Made by a program: the position numbers and the translations under genes
NCBI RefSeq assembly: GCF_902459465.1
Contig: NC_047079.1
Coordinates: 7,254,001-7,318,000, forward strand
Direction: 5' to 3'
Length of the DNA stretch: 64,000 bases
Source of the DNA: Asterias rubens
Lineage: Eukaryota
Shown: positions 24,401-37,249 of the stretch, piece by piece
Layout of the letters: every line of letters starts with the position of its first letter
Position numbering within the stretch: the stretch's first letter is position 1
The notes under the pieces: model-generated
What the model was told of the DNA's origin: nothing
What the model saw: the letters and a program-made list of their open reading frames with translations, nothing else
Database searches by the model: none

Positions 24401-27400
24401 TATAAAAGTAACGATCATATTTGTTTTGAAAGCGAATCAACCAAGCAAGTCTTGTGTTGCCAAACCGGTTTAAATAGTTACATTAAATAGATTGTTTTCC
24501 TGCACACCTTGGAAAAGCACCAAGTATACATTGCTTATTGTACTTTAAACCAACTTTACTTTGTATGCTTTATAACAATTTCTGAATTTGTTTCCTTTAA
24601 CTTCCAGCTTTCTGTGAGCATGAACAGAGCACAAACCCAAACAGTTGCTCTACGCTGGGGGGCATGGACACCATCCTTTAAAGAGAGTACCAGTGAAGTC
24701 TCGATCCAGCTGCAAGGGGGCGCTCTACCAAACCCTGATAATATGTTAGTCTATAAGAACCTCAGCGCTGAGTTGAGCGATAAGGAGATGGCTAAACTCG
24801 CTGCCGGAAAACTACAGTTTGTCTTCAAATCCAAGGTAAAATATTTTATATCAGACCAGGGTTTGAGTTTGGGGGGGGAAATCAACAAAACCACAGCCGT
24901 CGATTTCACAAAACTCTTCCTAACTTAAGACTAATCTTAGGACTTAGGACGAGTCCCAACCCTGCACTGTAGCATGCATACCTGAAGATTAATCCTAAGT
25001 TCGGACGAGTTACTCAGCCTAACTCGAGATAAGACGAGTCCTAACTCTTTGTAAAATCGACGACTGGACTTGTACAGGCCTTTAACTTCTCTCTTGAAGG
25101 GCCGAGACAATTTTTCTCTGGAAAGGGACACTCTATGAGGAAAATATATATTTGTGTTGTAACTTTGCAATGGGCACCACAGCAAAAGCACAGGGCACTT
25201 GCTGTTAAGTATACAACTCCTATTAAGACAAGTTCTCAAACGAACATCATCTACCCAGCAACTAGATATACATATTTTAAAACCACAAACCAAATATACA
25301 TTGATACCACACATGCAATGCCTCAAATTCCATATACAACTCTGATTTGTTTCTATTTTGTTGTCTACAGAGACCAGGGGGATCGAGGCCCATATCCCCA
25401 ATGTCAACCGAGCCATCTCTACTGGTAATGTGCTCAAACTATAATCATCTTCAGCTTCACTCAACCATATCAACTCCCATTGTACATAACAACTAGTATA
25501 ATTCTTAAAGACTAGCCTTCACAGTTGGTGTATCTCAAAATATGCATAAAATAACAAACCTGTGAAAATTTGAGCTCAATCGGTCATCGAACTTGCGAGA
25601 TAATAATGAAAGAAAAAAACACCCTTGTCACCTGAAGTTGTGTGCATTTAGATGGTTGATTTCGAGACCTCAAGTTCTAAATCTGAGGTCTCTAAATCAA
25701 ATTCGTGGAAAATTACTTCTTTCTCCAAAACTATGGCACTTGAGAGGGAGCCGTATCTCATAATGTTTGATACCATCAACCTCTCCCCATTACACGTAAC
25801 CAAGAAAGGTTTTATGCTAACAATTATTTTGAGTAATTACCAAAAGTGTCCACTGCCTTTAAGGTCCTATTTTTATCTCCCTCTCTTGTGAGGTTTTGTG
25901 GTGACACTATTGTAAAATCTCTTCTGAGAAGCGGTTGTTCTGAGAAGAACCGGTGGTTGATAACTCAATAATTCAATCAGTTTGCTCTTCCTCCTGAAAA
26001 TGATCAAAGAATACTGATTGAAAGTTGAGTCGTCAACCACCGGTTCTTCTCTTAACCACCACTACTGAAGAGAAGTTTTACACATGATGTGACCACAAAT
26101 CTCCGATAATATTGTACTTCCACTACTTTTAATCCTTCCTCTGCTCAATTAGAACTCCTCTGCTCAATTGAGACTAACAAATTATACCTTTAGAACTATT
26201 TAATACAATTGTTTCCTGATTGCTGTGGAACAACTTTTAGAAATAATTTGCATTCATCAAACCATTCACATTTTTCTCATAATAGATTGTTTGGCCATGT
26301 CCATATTGGCAGCTACGGCTACGGCTATGGCTAGATTTCCGCGTCATTGTGCCTTGAGGTATAGGACATCCTTATAGCAACACCCTTAGCGACAGCCGTA
26401 GCTGTAGCTGTAGCCGCTAATTAGGACACGGCCTTTGATTAATCATTTTCTATTATTTTAAACCCATACATTTAGCGCTTTTAGTTTACTAACCTAGATG
26501 ATCATTTGGTGTTTTCCCTCCATCCTTGCATGCCACCTCTCGCTGCCGAATCTACATCTCTGGCACATCAGACTGACTCTGAGGTAGTAATCTACTTTCT
26601 TCAAGATTAATTCAAGATTGTTCAATCATAAATGCATATTTTCTCAAGAAAACGATTTTAAAAGACACTTAAAGACACTTGACACGTTTGGTAATTGTCA
26701 AAGACCAGTATGTCCACTTGCTTAATTAAACCCATTTCACAAATAGGTAGATCATAGCAAAAAGATATTTATTTATTTGTTCATGTTTTGTTTTGCATGT
26801 GTGAAAGACTGTGCTAGGGTTGAAACGCGCACCATCAAGTATTTTTTGCAAAAGGATACGTGTAAGATTCTTGTTATAAACACGTTGGATGTTTTCCCCC
26901 CAAAAAACAGAAAGGTAGATTTCCATCCGCTGCGTCTCTCCCGTCAGTAACTACGGCTACAGACCAGGCATCGATAGCGGGTGACATCATGGGTATGGTG
27001 TCTGGAAGACCTCCAATGCCAAGAAGTCCCAGAGTGCCTTCAAGGTAAGTCAATCTCAAAGTTAAGAACCATTGACTGTGGTCAGTCATTGGATGGGAGA
27101 CCGTTCCATGGTGTCTGGAAGACCTCCAATGCCAAGAAGTGCCAGAGTGTCTTCAAGGTAAGTCAATCTCAAAGTTAAGATGGCTAGATATGATACGGCT
27201 CCTTAAGATCGAGTCCATGTCTTTCAGATGGGACAAAAACCTCTAGGTCCTTGTGCGTTGTGTAATGCACAAAATACCCAGGACACTAACCATGAAAGAA
27301 AAGTGACTCGGCTGCATTATGAAACTTGAAGTGACAGTCCACAGAAATGTTTACTTTTTTTGCAGACTACTTGCAGACTACAAATACTTTTGTCATTGTT

Positions 27401-30400
27401 GGAAAAGTTTTGCCTAGGGTAACAAATTGTTTGTGTTGTTTTAGGGGTCAATCATCACCAATCGGTCATGCTCCGATCCAACCAATGAACTTGCAACCGT
27501 CTATGGCATATCCGCAACACGGCAGCCAACCAATAACGAACCAGTACGGTCACATGACAGCTTCTCAACCACCCGGCTCCCTCCATCCCACCGGCCAGTA
27601 TACCAGTGACCAGTACCAGGGGAGAGGCCAGACTGGAACCCAGTCCTTGTACCCAATGGAGATCAAACACATGGAGGTAAGAGATTTATTTATATGATTT
27701 TTTTTTTTATTCAAGCTCGCCTCAAACAAGGCTAAAAGCAAAACAACCACAAATTTACATTTCAATTTTGTACTTGCCTGGGCAAAATGTAAGTGTGTGA
27801 AGTGCTACTGCATGCCATTGCTAGCGTGCTCAACCTATCGAAGAACCAACTCAGAGAAGACACTGTGACGTCTTCTTCTCTCATTCTTCTGAAGATGAAC
27901 ACAGGTTACAATTCGAAAAAGGTACAACATTTTTTCTAATTTTAGGAAGTTACTTTCCAAGAAGCCATGCTCGTTTGGTTGTTTTTTAAAATATAGTGGC
28001 TTATAATCCACACAGATTATATTCTGAAAGTTACAATATTTTGTATTCCACCTGGATTTCTTAAAGCACCTCCACATTTATTTGCCTTTATAGGTTGGTA
28101 CAGTCAGTAATGGAGATCAGCTGGAAGAGCTTCCCTATACACCTGTACATGCACCCATTATGCCGGTAGGCCCATACCACACAAGGTACTCTTCAAATTC
28201 ACCTTGTTTGTACTCTAAGGCCCTTTTTGATTCCATTGCGTGGGCCTCGACACCCATCATGCCGGTAGGCCCATACCACACAAGGTACTCTTCAAATTCA
28301 CCTTGTTTGTACTCTAAGGCCCTTTTTGATTCCATTGCGTGGGCCTCGACACCCATCATGCCGGTAGGCCCATACCACACAAGGTACTCTTCAAATTCAC
28401 TTTATTTATACTCCAAGGCCCTTTTCGATTCCATTTCCATTTTCTTCCCTTTAGTTATTACCGAGCTATTGCCAAGCTAAACTTGTTGTTACTTCCCCCT
28501 CCCCCCCCCACAGTGGTCCAGGACTAAGCAGAGCCTCTTACGCTCATCTCTACCAGGCAGGGTTCGTCAACATCCTGGACAGACAAGGAGAGGTTCCGGA
28601 GGTCGTTGACCCCTCGGATCATGTGATCTTAAACCCAGAGCGTGAGAACAAGGATCTTCTACAGTGCAATGAGATCGTTGTAAGATTCCTGGCTGTTTCG
28701 AGGTGGGTGAGATTTCCGCGCTGGATGATTGATTCTGTTTTGCTTTTCAGCAATCTAGTCTCTTTCAAACTTTGGAGTACTATTCACCTTGACTTATAGA
28801 GCTGTGTCAGCACAACAAGTAGCTAAGCATAACAAAATTATGCTTACCAAAATAAGGTTACCAGCCCTCAATGGTTTGTGCATGATTCAATTAAGTCCAC
28901 TGTCTGAAACAGGAATTACATGAACATAACAGGTGTGAAGTGCCAGAAAAAAAGGATGTTTTATTGTAGCCTCTTTCTTTAATGTAGCTTTAATGCATTT
29001 TATTATTTGTTTTGCCACAGAATGCTTCAGTTTCAGCAGTCCGTTCCTTCTGATTCACCACGCACCGTGTTCTTCACCTTCCAGTTCTATAGATACCCAC
29101 CGGTCACAACAGAAAGGTCAGGGTTCATTCAGGATGGTATCTTTTGTTCACTTTACTTGCTGTTAGTATGTAAATAATCGTTGATGCGAATTGAAAAACT
29201 GAATTTAATAACAAAATACTGTGATCATGTTTACAGGTTATTACTTGGGAATGTGGAGGGTAACTTGACGGCAGATTCCCACAGCTTGCCGTGTGTTCTT
29301 AAGAAGATGAAAAACGATGGGAAGAAAAATGATGAACCACCTGGCTGGACGGTAAATTTAATGTTACTTTATTTCCTTGTTTTATTTTATTTTATTCCAT
29401 ATCCAACAGCAAAATAACAGGGTGAATAGGAAATGAGAAGAGATGTGCAGTTTTATACGTGGGAGGGAAACCCTTAAGGGGAAACTCACACCTGTCCTAA
29501 TCCTTGGGGATAAGGGCAGGCGGCCAGTCTATGGTTATTAAACCCAGTGTCCTCTTTCAACAGGTCCATTCATTCTACTCAAGCTAATGTGAGGTTCTTT
29601 TATAACAGGTGCGTTACACTGTGGATCCTTCCTTCTTAAAACCCGGTGAGGGACGGCTATTTGTGAAGTATTTATATCAACAGACTCTCCATGTTGATGT
29701 ATGGGACGGAGACTCATTGCTTCTGCTTGGTTCATGCGCCGTGGAACTCAAGGTGAGCTTAAAGAGAGTTCCTGAAGAGAACAGTTGGGGCTGGTCCATG
29801 GAGTGGCATGAGGATACGCCTCCTTAGCAATTAATCAAATACCTGCTTTACACATACATAGAAAAGTTTGCTAACACAGGCTGCAATTGGTGAGCTCCTT
29901 TTGTCCCCCTTATTTGTTTCAGGTGAGCCAAATCAGTATAAAGAACTGGTTTCCATTTGGGCCCTGCATATTAAAGTTAAGAACAAACAATTCATCATTT
30001 AAAAAAATAGACAGACGTAAAAGCAAAAACTATGTGAACCTTTGATCTTGTACACGTTTTCAAACTAGGGAATTCACCCAACCGGGCACCCTAATGTCCC
30101 TTTTGTTATAGGGTCATAGTTTGAATGTGCTACCTTTGATAGTTGCTTTAAACTATTCATTTGTTTTGTACTTTGTTAGCATCTTTTACGATGTGGACGT
30201 GAAGCGGTGCAAATCACCCATGAACTGGACGTCATTACTACTGAGTATGGTGAAGATGCAAATGCCATGACTGGAGACTTGGTGAGTCGTTGATGTAACC
30301 CGCTCTCAGGAAAGTGATGATAGAGGGCGCTTTGTAACATTGACCTTCTTTCGTGACATACATTGTCACATACTTGTAACGATGTTTCTTTCTTGTGGTA

Positions 30401-33400
30401 AATCAAAGTATTTTTGGTAAAAGTAATTTTTTTTTTCCACATTTTTTTCCATTATTTTATTTGATTGAGGAGTGTTTAGCTAGATGAATGAATTCTTTTG
30501 TTATGTTGTTTGTTTGTTCGTTGGGGTGTTTGTTTGTTTTGTTTTGTCAGATTTTGATTCATAGGGTTTGCCCCTTGAGTTCTTTGACTTTGAATGAATT
30601 TACCTTTACGTGTTAGGATTGAAGTGTGCTTGTTTGTTTTTCAGAGTTGACTTTGTATGTTTGTTTCTTTGTTGTAAGATGAGAAGTGGTAGCGTCCGCC
30701 CCGTTGGCGTCAAAGCCATTCTGAAGGGTCGACTCCATCTTCAGTTGGCCAATGTTGGGCACCGTGTAGACGTGAACGTGATGAAGGCAGGTACGATGCC
30801 GGTTAAGGCCGCTAAGGTGGTGGTTCAGGAGGACGGAAGTGGAGCTTTTCTTGGCGGGAGCGTCAATCTTGGGACTCGACCAAGCGGTAAATCTCTCTCG
30901 ATTCTTCTTTATATTCTTGGTTCCTTTACCCTGAGATCACGACTTGCTTGAATCTAGAAATCAAGAGTTAGTGGTACGGTTGTAATGGCCCAAACAATTA
31001 GCAACAGAACAGATTAGACTTGACCTTTTAAGAGACGATGTATTTCTGTACAATCGTCAAAATGTGTCCAGAGCTGGCAAAAATTTACGATGTCCTCTGA
31101 GAACCTTAAAAATAAAACCGAATGAAAGACGTAGGATGTGATGTAGTACAAGCCTCCATGGCCACTTTGGTCATCAAAGAGTAAGAATGATATTTGTTTC
31201 CCCCCATCAGGACTTGGGTTAGCCAACCTGAGGCAGAAACGTAGCTACATGGCATCACACATGGTGGAGACCGACAAAGAGCTGGCGTCATCCCTCCTCA
31301 TGACGCGGAAGGGGCAAATTGATCAAACTGGTCAGGCCACCGGGCGGGAGGCTGACTCCAAGAAACAGAGGAAGCTCGCTCGGATGCAGGCAATCAGACA
31401 AGCTCAGAATAACGACACAAACAAAGGCCCACTCAGCCAAAGTTTACTGGTAGGTTACACCTTACCAAGATACTAAGTAAAGACAAATTAAATGCTAACA
31501 ATAAGTGAGTCAAAGTTTTCTTTGGATCATTTTGAAAGAGGTAAATGTGATTTTTTCCATCTTGTCTTATCCTTAGTTGAAGAAAGAGGAGAAAGTGCAA
31601 CGGACTAGAGATCTAAAGACGATTGAAATTCATCGGTAAGGACATAATGTTTTGAACTCCATCTTGATATATCCAAAACACAACTGAAATTTTGTTTTTG
31701 TCAGAATAAAAATAAATTGCGTACAGAAAAATAATTTATAAATTGTCTGTGTGTAATTTTATCTTTCCATCAGTGACAGGATGAAAAAAGATGGCATCCT
31801 CTCGATGTTACAGTCGGCAATCACCACAGAACACATCGTCCATCCAACCTTCGGACAAGCGGAATTCTTTGAGTTCGTCTTGAGGAATCCGTACAATGTC
31901 CAGCATACCATCTCAATACAGTGGGACGAACCTGAGCTGAGGTAAAATCAAGGCACAGAAGCTAGCTAAGCACATGTGATATGTGCTTACCAGAATAAGG
32001 TTACAAGCCAAAAATCACTTGTACTATACTATGTGATTGTTGCCCTGCTTACTGTAGTACGGATAAGCAAAAGATTTCTGCTATGTCATTTTTGTAATCT
32101 ATCTCATAATAGGGAAACTGAGTGGTTAATTTTTTGTTCTGTTGTTGTACAATTGGAATTTTAATTTCATGTATTTTTATACTTGATGAAGAAAACATTC
32201 AATTCAATTCAATTGATATCTTATCTGAGCTCCTTTCGTCTCATCCAGTGTAATTACGGACCCCAGGGAGTGGAGACATTTCAAGCAGCTCTTTGAGACG
32301 TATACAGCCATCGAGGAGAACATGTTTAATCAAGATAAGAAGACGGACGGAGATGTGCCAGGTCTACAACTATTCCTCAGACCCAAGGAGACAGTCAATG
32401 TTCCTTTTAAGTATCAGAGCTTCAAGGCTAATCACGCTGTTCAACCACAGGTGAGGATTGTTTTATCATCCTGGTCATAAGATCCTCAAAGATGTCTCGC
32501 ACTGTAACGTGTAGATACCTGTAAAGTGAAGATGATGATGAAGCAATGTTGATGAATTCGGTTTTTACCCTTACACTTAAGTGTATTCAGCACTGTATAC
32601 TCAGCACTTTCCTGAATTTTTTGAAAGAAGTCCACAGCCAAGACATGTTAGTTGGACCAGTCTAAAGTCATTTAACCTTATACCGACATTTTTTTTATTT
32701 GGGTGTTTTTGATTCACCATGCAAAGTTTCAAATCCTAAATATTTCTTTCCTTTTGCAGGGTCCTCAAGTCACTTCCAAACCTCACTTCAAGATTCAGTT
32801 ACCTGAAGAGCACAAGGAAGTCGATCTCGCCTTGGATTCTAGAAACGTTAGGGTGAGTCTAGAGGGACAAGTTAATTCCATTCAGTTAAAAACAAAATTG
32901 ATAACAATAGTTAATAGGCCTCAACATCTCCTGCAGCTTCATATTTTCTTGAAAGATGATGATGCTCAAAGTCTGTAAACCTAAATTGCAACATCTAGAA
33001 TAAGGGGGGTCCAAGACCAGCAAGTCACTTTCAGGAGTTTTTATATTTTGGAAATCTCATCCCTGATTTGTCTGGCCGATTGTTTCATTTTCTTGTTGTC
33101 AGGTATACTTCAAGACGCAGGATAACAAACCTATAGCCATCTTGTCTCTTAATGTCGAGCCTCAACCTCACGTTATTGATCAGACGTTTCGATTTAATCA
33201 TCCAGAACAATCGTTCCTCAAGAAGTCCATCCGTCTACCTCCATTTCATTCCACCCAAGGTAAGGAATTGTGGCTTATTTGGCTGATTGGTTGTGGGTTC
33301 GAGTCCCTCTGTCCGATTCATTTATACTTTTAAGAATCTTTCAGAAGTTGACTCTTTCTGGTTTTTGTGGAGCCATGACTCTGATAAGTCAATTTATTTT

Positions 33401-36400
33401 TGTCCCAGCTTGTTTTGAAACTGTTTTTAGTATAAATTTGCAACAATGTTTTGGTATTTATCTTGGGACCTTCCCATTTTTTAATTTAATTTTTACAGGC
33501 CTACATCAAGGAGGTGGTGCTGTGGGGCAGCTTTTTGTCAAATGCAGCGACGAAAATGCAATCTGTGAAACAAAGAGAGTGGTGAGTACTACATTAATCT
33601 TCAAATCAATTGATTAACAAATTAAAGAATCAACTAATGAACAATGAATACTTTACCTCCATAAGAAACTAAATGAGATTTATTGGGTTTTTTTCCTAAG
33701 CCTCCTGGTGAGCCTCAGGATGTGTACGTCAAGGTAGCGTGTGGTCTGTCGCCCTCTATCAAGAAGCTGTTCATCCTAATCTACTCGTAAGTAAATTTGC
33801 GCCATCAAACATTCTCAGATGTGGAGGACAAAATAAAAAGAATGGAAAAGAAAAGGACTCCATTATCAAGATTGGGGTGCTCTTTGTGTACAAAGTCTTT
33901 GGGAAACTGTAAAGTGCAGGAACAAAGGAAAAAAATGCTAAATTAATAAAATTAAATAAATGGTGAATTAGATCAAATTGAAACTTTTTTTTCTCCCCTT
34001 CTCTCTGGTTTAGAACACCCTTTCTTTCTAGACCTCTCCAGACGTGGCAGTTTTACATCCACGCTTTGCAGAGAGTAGACGTGAGTTGCGTCCAGGGACA
34101 GACAAGTCGCCAGTCCCTCATCCTCAGAGGAACGCACGCCTCTAGACTTGTTCAAAGCTTCTCCTCACATCCAAACGAAATGCAGGTAAATAAATTATTG
34201 AGAAAGAGTCTGGTAGGGTCGAAAAGCTCAGGCCATTAATTGTTTTTTTACATTTAAATTTTAACTGGTTGAATATTTTCAAATGGTTGGTTAACTCACT
34301 GAAATTTGAAATTAAGTAAGAGGGTTATCCTCAACACAAAAATCACAAAGTAAAATTAAATAATTAAATTTTCCAGAAGATTGAGATACTTTCTGCAAGT
34401 GAACTGACCTAAATATTTTTGTATTTATTTGAGCAGTTGCTTCCTTCGGAGCCTTTCATGCTACTAGCCAACTCTGTCCACGAGATCCACGTAGGAGTGC
34501 GCCCTCTATCAGTTGGCAACAAGTTCATGTACATCAATGTTGTCGGTATCCTTTGAGTGAGGGAACATTTTATGAAAGAAATGATCTGCAATATCCAAAT
34601 TGTAAGTTGTGATAAGAAATGCAAATTATGATTATACTTTTTTTCACATTGAGACAACTTAGAACTGTGCTTTCAAGGTAAGAATTCAAGGTTTTGGAAG
34701 AGTAGTCTAAAAGTGCGTGAATTTTCCTTAGCCTGGTTCAACAGACAATGAGTACCACCAGCTGATACGGTCTTGGCTGGTATGCGTGCAGTGTCGTCAG
34801 CCTGTGATATCCAAAGCCTTTGAGCTGCAGTTACCGGTGGGCGGAGGCAAAGGTTCAAATAAGGTAAGGAAACCAGACTAGGACTACAGTTGTAATACGT
34901 GCATCAATTTAACAACCCTTTAGAGAACACAGTGGCTGGAAACAGTTGTTGGTCGATGTGGTCTCGATGTTTCAAACAATATTCTCTGCTCATCTTCGAG
35001 AAGAGGAGCAGAGTATAGTGTTTGACTTACAGTTGTACTATGTGCATAAATTTAATAACCCTTTATAGACCACAGCAGCTTGAAACAGTTTTCGGTCGAT
35101 GTTTCGAACAGTATATTCTGCTCGTCTTCTGAAGATGGGGAGAGTATACTGTTAGAAACACTCAAACCACACTGGCTCTTTTCTGAGCCAGCACTCCTCC
35201 AAATAAGATAGTGTACATGTATATGGTTGTAACATCAAGTTTACGATTTAAAGTTAGTTCTTAAGATTGACTGATTGATATGTTTTGTATTAAGTTTGTT
35301 TTTCCGTTGTTATTCTATTTATACAGCGTATAACATACACCAATCCGTACCCTCATCATAAAGTGTTTAACATCAGATGTAATCGGGACGATTTGCTGCA
35401 GTTTAAGGAGACACGGGTTCAGGTAGGCTACAGCGCCCTCTATTTCTACTTCTCTCATTCTTTTGATTGTGAGAGTATGTAAATTTATGAATGCTTGAAT
35501 GTTAAACTATTTTATTCTTTACATAAATATTTGATATTTGTTTATTGATTGATGTTGATCCCTTGATTTCTTTGTACCTGTAAAACTTGATTAATTTACT
35601 TTTGATTTTGTGAATCCTTTTCAGTGTGTGTTCTCCTCTAAACTTGAAAACTTGTTGTCTGGATTTATTGATTGTTTGCATTGATTGAACTGACATAATT
35701 ATTGATTGATTGATTCTCTGATCAGTTATTGACTATCTGATTGGTTAATGACTCTTTATTTGATTATTGATTCTCTAATTGGTTATTGATACTGTGATTG
35801 TGATTATTAATTCATTTCTGTATACCTTTTTACGTGATTTGCTATTGCCTTCTACCCTTGTAAAATTGACTTATCAACCACGTGATTGATTGACAGATTG
35901 ACTAATTGAATTAATGACTTATTGATTGATTGATTAATGTGCCTATCTATTCACAATTTGATTTTGATTCTTAATCCCCCACCTTGATTTTATAATATTT
36001 GGGTATTGATTCCTGTTATTAAGATAAAATAAAAGATACATTTCCAATATCTTTGTTGAATAATACAGTGATAAATTTTGTATTGAACTCAACAACTCAG
36101 GGCTACTCTTATGATTCAAATATTTAATATTGATATTGATTGACTGATTTATTTATTACTTGATTGATTATGGTAACGATTGATTATTATAATTTGATTA
36201 ATTAAGGTATTGACTGACCTACTATAGTATAGGCCTAGAATTACCCACAGGCCACTGAGGCCCTGGCTTCCATTGCCCCTTGTCTTTGACTTTAAGATGT
36301 TTCAATTCCCTTTGCAAAATGAGAACCTCCTTGCATGCCCTTTTTAAATATAAAGTTCCAGGCCTAGTATTAATTTGAATAGTTGCAACATAGCTTGATT

Positions 36401-36583
36401 GATTGATTGATTAATTATGGTATTGATTTTGGAATTCCTTAGATTGATGGCGGTGAGACATACGGTCTTGGTTTAAGATTCTCTCCGTGTCAACAAGCAG
36501 GCAGCGCCGAGATACTCATCTTCATCAACGATGAACAAGACAACAATGAAGAAACGTTCTTAGTCAGAGCAATATACTCCTAA
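12476..36583 (+). CDS. NPHP4: Nephrocystin-4 (ciliary transition-zone C2-domain protein), complete gene
   Basis: Exons 12476-12652, 20840-20986, 21535-21670, 22081-22185, 22646-22801, 23224-23363, 23706-23899, 24240-24372, 24608-24835, 25371-25424, 26911-27044, 27445-27676, 28094-28185, 28514-28702, 29021-29116, 29237-29351, 29609-29752, 30180-30281, 30679-30886, 31211-31449, 31577-31635, 31774-31941, 32250-32450, 32760-32852, 33103-33259, 33499-33581, 33701-33786, 34014-34184, 34437-34545, 34746-34862, 35327-35422, 36443-36583(TAA); boundaries are approximate. Diagnostic matches: [117 protein letters not shown]. Confidence 0.96.
12900..15089. mobile_element. Non-autonomous foldback DNA transposon with ~850-bp TIRs (Sola2-like)
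   Basis: Left arm 12900-~13750 is the reverse complement of right arm ~14234-15089. Ends are GGGTCATTCCGTGTCAAATCAACC...GGTTGATTTGACACGGAATGACCC, flanked on both sides by TATA. GRG/CYC ends, a 4-bp TSD and very long TIRs fit Sola2. No transposase in the ~480-bp spacer. Confidence 0.8.
17700..20400. other. Unidentified decayed coding-like/retroelement-like sequence in NPHP4 intron 1
   Basis: GC-richer than its flanks, with several 70-160 aa ORF fragments. Only weak minus-strand hints of a non-LTR element ([21 protein letters not shown]), broken by stops. Confidence 0.25.
18513..18526. promoter_or_regulatory. Near-perfect RFX X-box in NPHP4 intron 1
   Basis: ATTACCATGGTAAC matches 13/14 positions of the palindrome GTTACCATGGTAAC. 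Confidence 0.35.
22481..22565 (+). mobile_element. tRNA-derived SINE head
   Basis: AGCTCAGTTGGTAGAGCAC (A box) ... GGTTCAAATC (B box), followed by non-tRNA sequence. Confidence 0.6.
22826..22933. mobile_element. MITE, GGCCGTGTCC-TIR family
   Basis: GGCCGTGTCC...GGACACGGC ends with internal CGTAGCTGTAGCCG repeats; same family at 26294-26434 and 57810-57938. Confidence 0.65.
24896..25064. mobile_element. Palindromic MITE (Harbinger-like)
   Basis: TIR-like GTCGATTTCACAAA...TTTGTAAAATCGAC with internal AGGACGAGT/ACTCGTCCT palindromes. Confidence 0.6.
25509..25858 (+). mobile_element. Kolobok-like MITE (~350 bp), 5' TIR missing
   Basis: Ends ...AATTACCAAAAGTGTCCACTGCCT|TTAA; body nearly identical to 46628-47007. 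Confidence 0.75.
26294..26434. mobile_element. MITE, GGCCGTGTCC-TIR family
   Basis: GGCCATGTCC...GGACACGGCC ends; internal CTACGG/CCGTAG repeats. Confidence 0.6.
26995..27180 (+). repeat. Direct duplication of an NPHP4 exon end plus its splice donor (2 x 73 bp, period 113)
   Basis: 26995-27067 and 27108-27180 differ at ~2 positions; both contain AAG|GTAAGT. Confidence 0.9.
28152..28435 (+). repeat. 99-bp tandem repeat (~2.9 copies) straddling an NPHP4 exon-intron junction
   Basis: Unit starts at 28152, 28251 and 28350; each contains CACAAG|GTACTC. The reading frame stays open across the units. Confidence 0.92.
34878..35200. repeat. ~150-bp tandem duplication built from head-to-head fragments of a dispersed repeat (Penelope-terminal-like)
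   Basis: 34878-35025 is similar to 35026-35150; it contains GAAGA(T/C)GAGCAGAGTATACTGTTCGAAAC-like motifs in both orientations. Confidence 0.5.
35660..36430 (+). repeat. Degenerate (ATTG)n-rich low-complexity tract in last NPHP4 intron
   Basis: Dense TGATTGATT/ATTGACT motifs. Confidence 0.7.
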
Positions 36584-37249
36584 CCCTCCTACTGTGTGAC
36601 CATTCAATGTCATCCATTTTGAATGATAGATAAACTCAGTACAAGGCAACAACAAGGAAACGTTTTTAGTAAATACAGTACATAGTCAAGCCTCCTACTG
36701 CCTCACCAGTTTCATATCTTCCAGTGTGGTTTTGGTGATAGGGTAACTGTGCCAGCCTACCATGAAACAGTACCTGAAAAAGGGTTAACGTGTCGGAGAG
36801 TTTTTTATGTGTTCAGAAATCTTTAAGTGCACTTAACAGTTTTTGGTACCAAAGATTTTGTACCTCTCACAAATATTGTACTTTTTGTTTTATGTCTTTC
36901 CTTTGGGGCTGTGAGGGGGTTGGGGGCAGTGTGTGTCTATAGTAATATTTATTTGTATGGATTTTAAGAATTTGAAACAAAGAATACAGTACTATAAAAC
37001 ATGCACTCCAAAGATGCAACGGGAATCCTATGAATGAGAGCCGTTTCTACAAGCTAAATGTGTTTTATATAAGAAACAAATTTATGTAAATAGAATGTAT
37101 ATTTGTTAAAACACACGTGCGGTTTCAGTTGGAAGTACAGTTTATATATTTTGGATGCAATGTTTTTAATACCTACTTGATGTATACAATAATGCCTTAT
37201 GCACATATTTGAGTAGGGCGCCCTCGGGTAGAAGTCATATAAGGTTGGC

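Noticed and set aside
25652-25891. Repeated peptide [18 protein letters not shown] (also 46801-46995)
   Set aside because: These are chance ORFs within copies of the same non-coding MITE.
26485-26583. Possible 99-nt in-frame cassette exon of NPHP4
   Set aside because: It is open and phase 0-0, but the donor (GAG|GTAGTA) and acceptor are weak and I see no homology; it needs RNA-seq.
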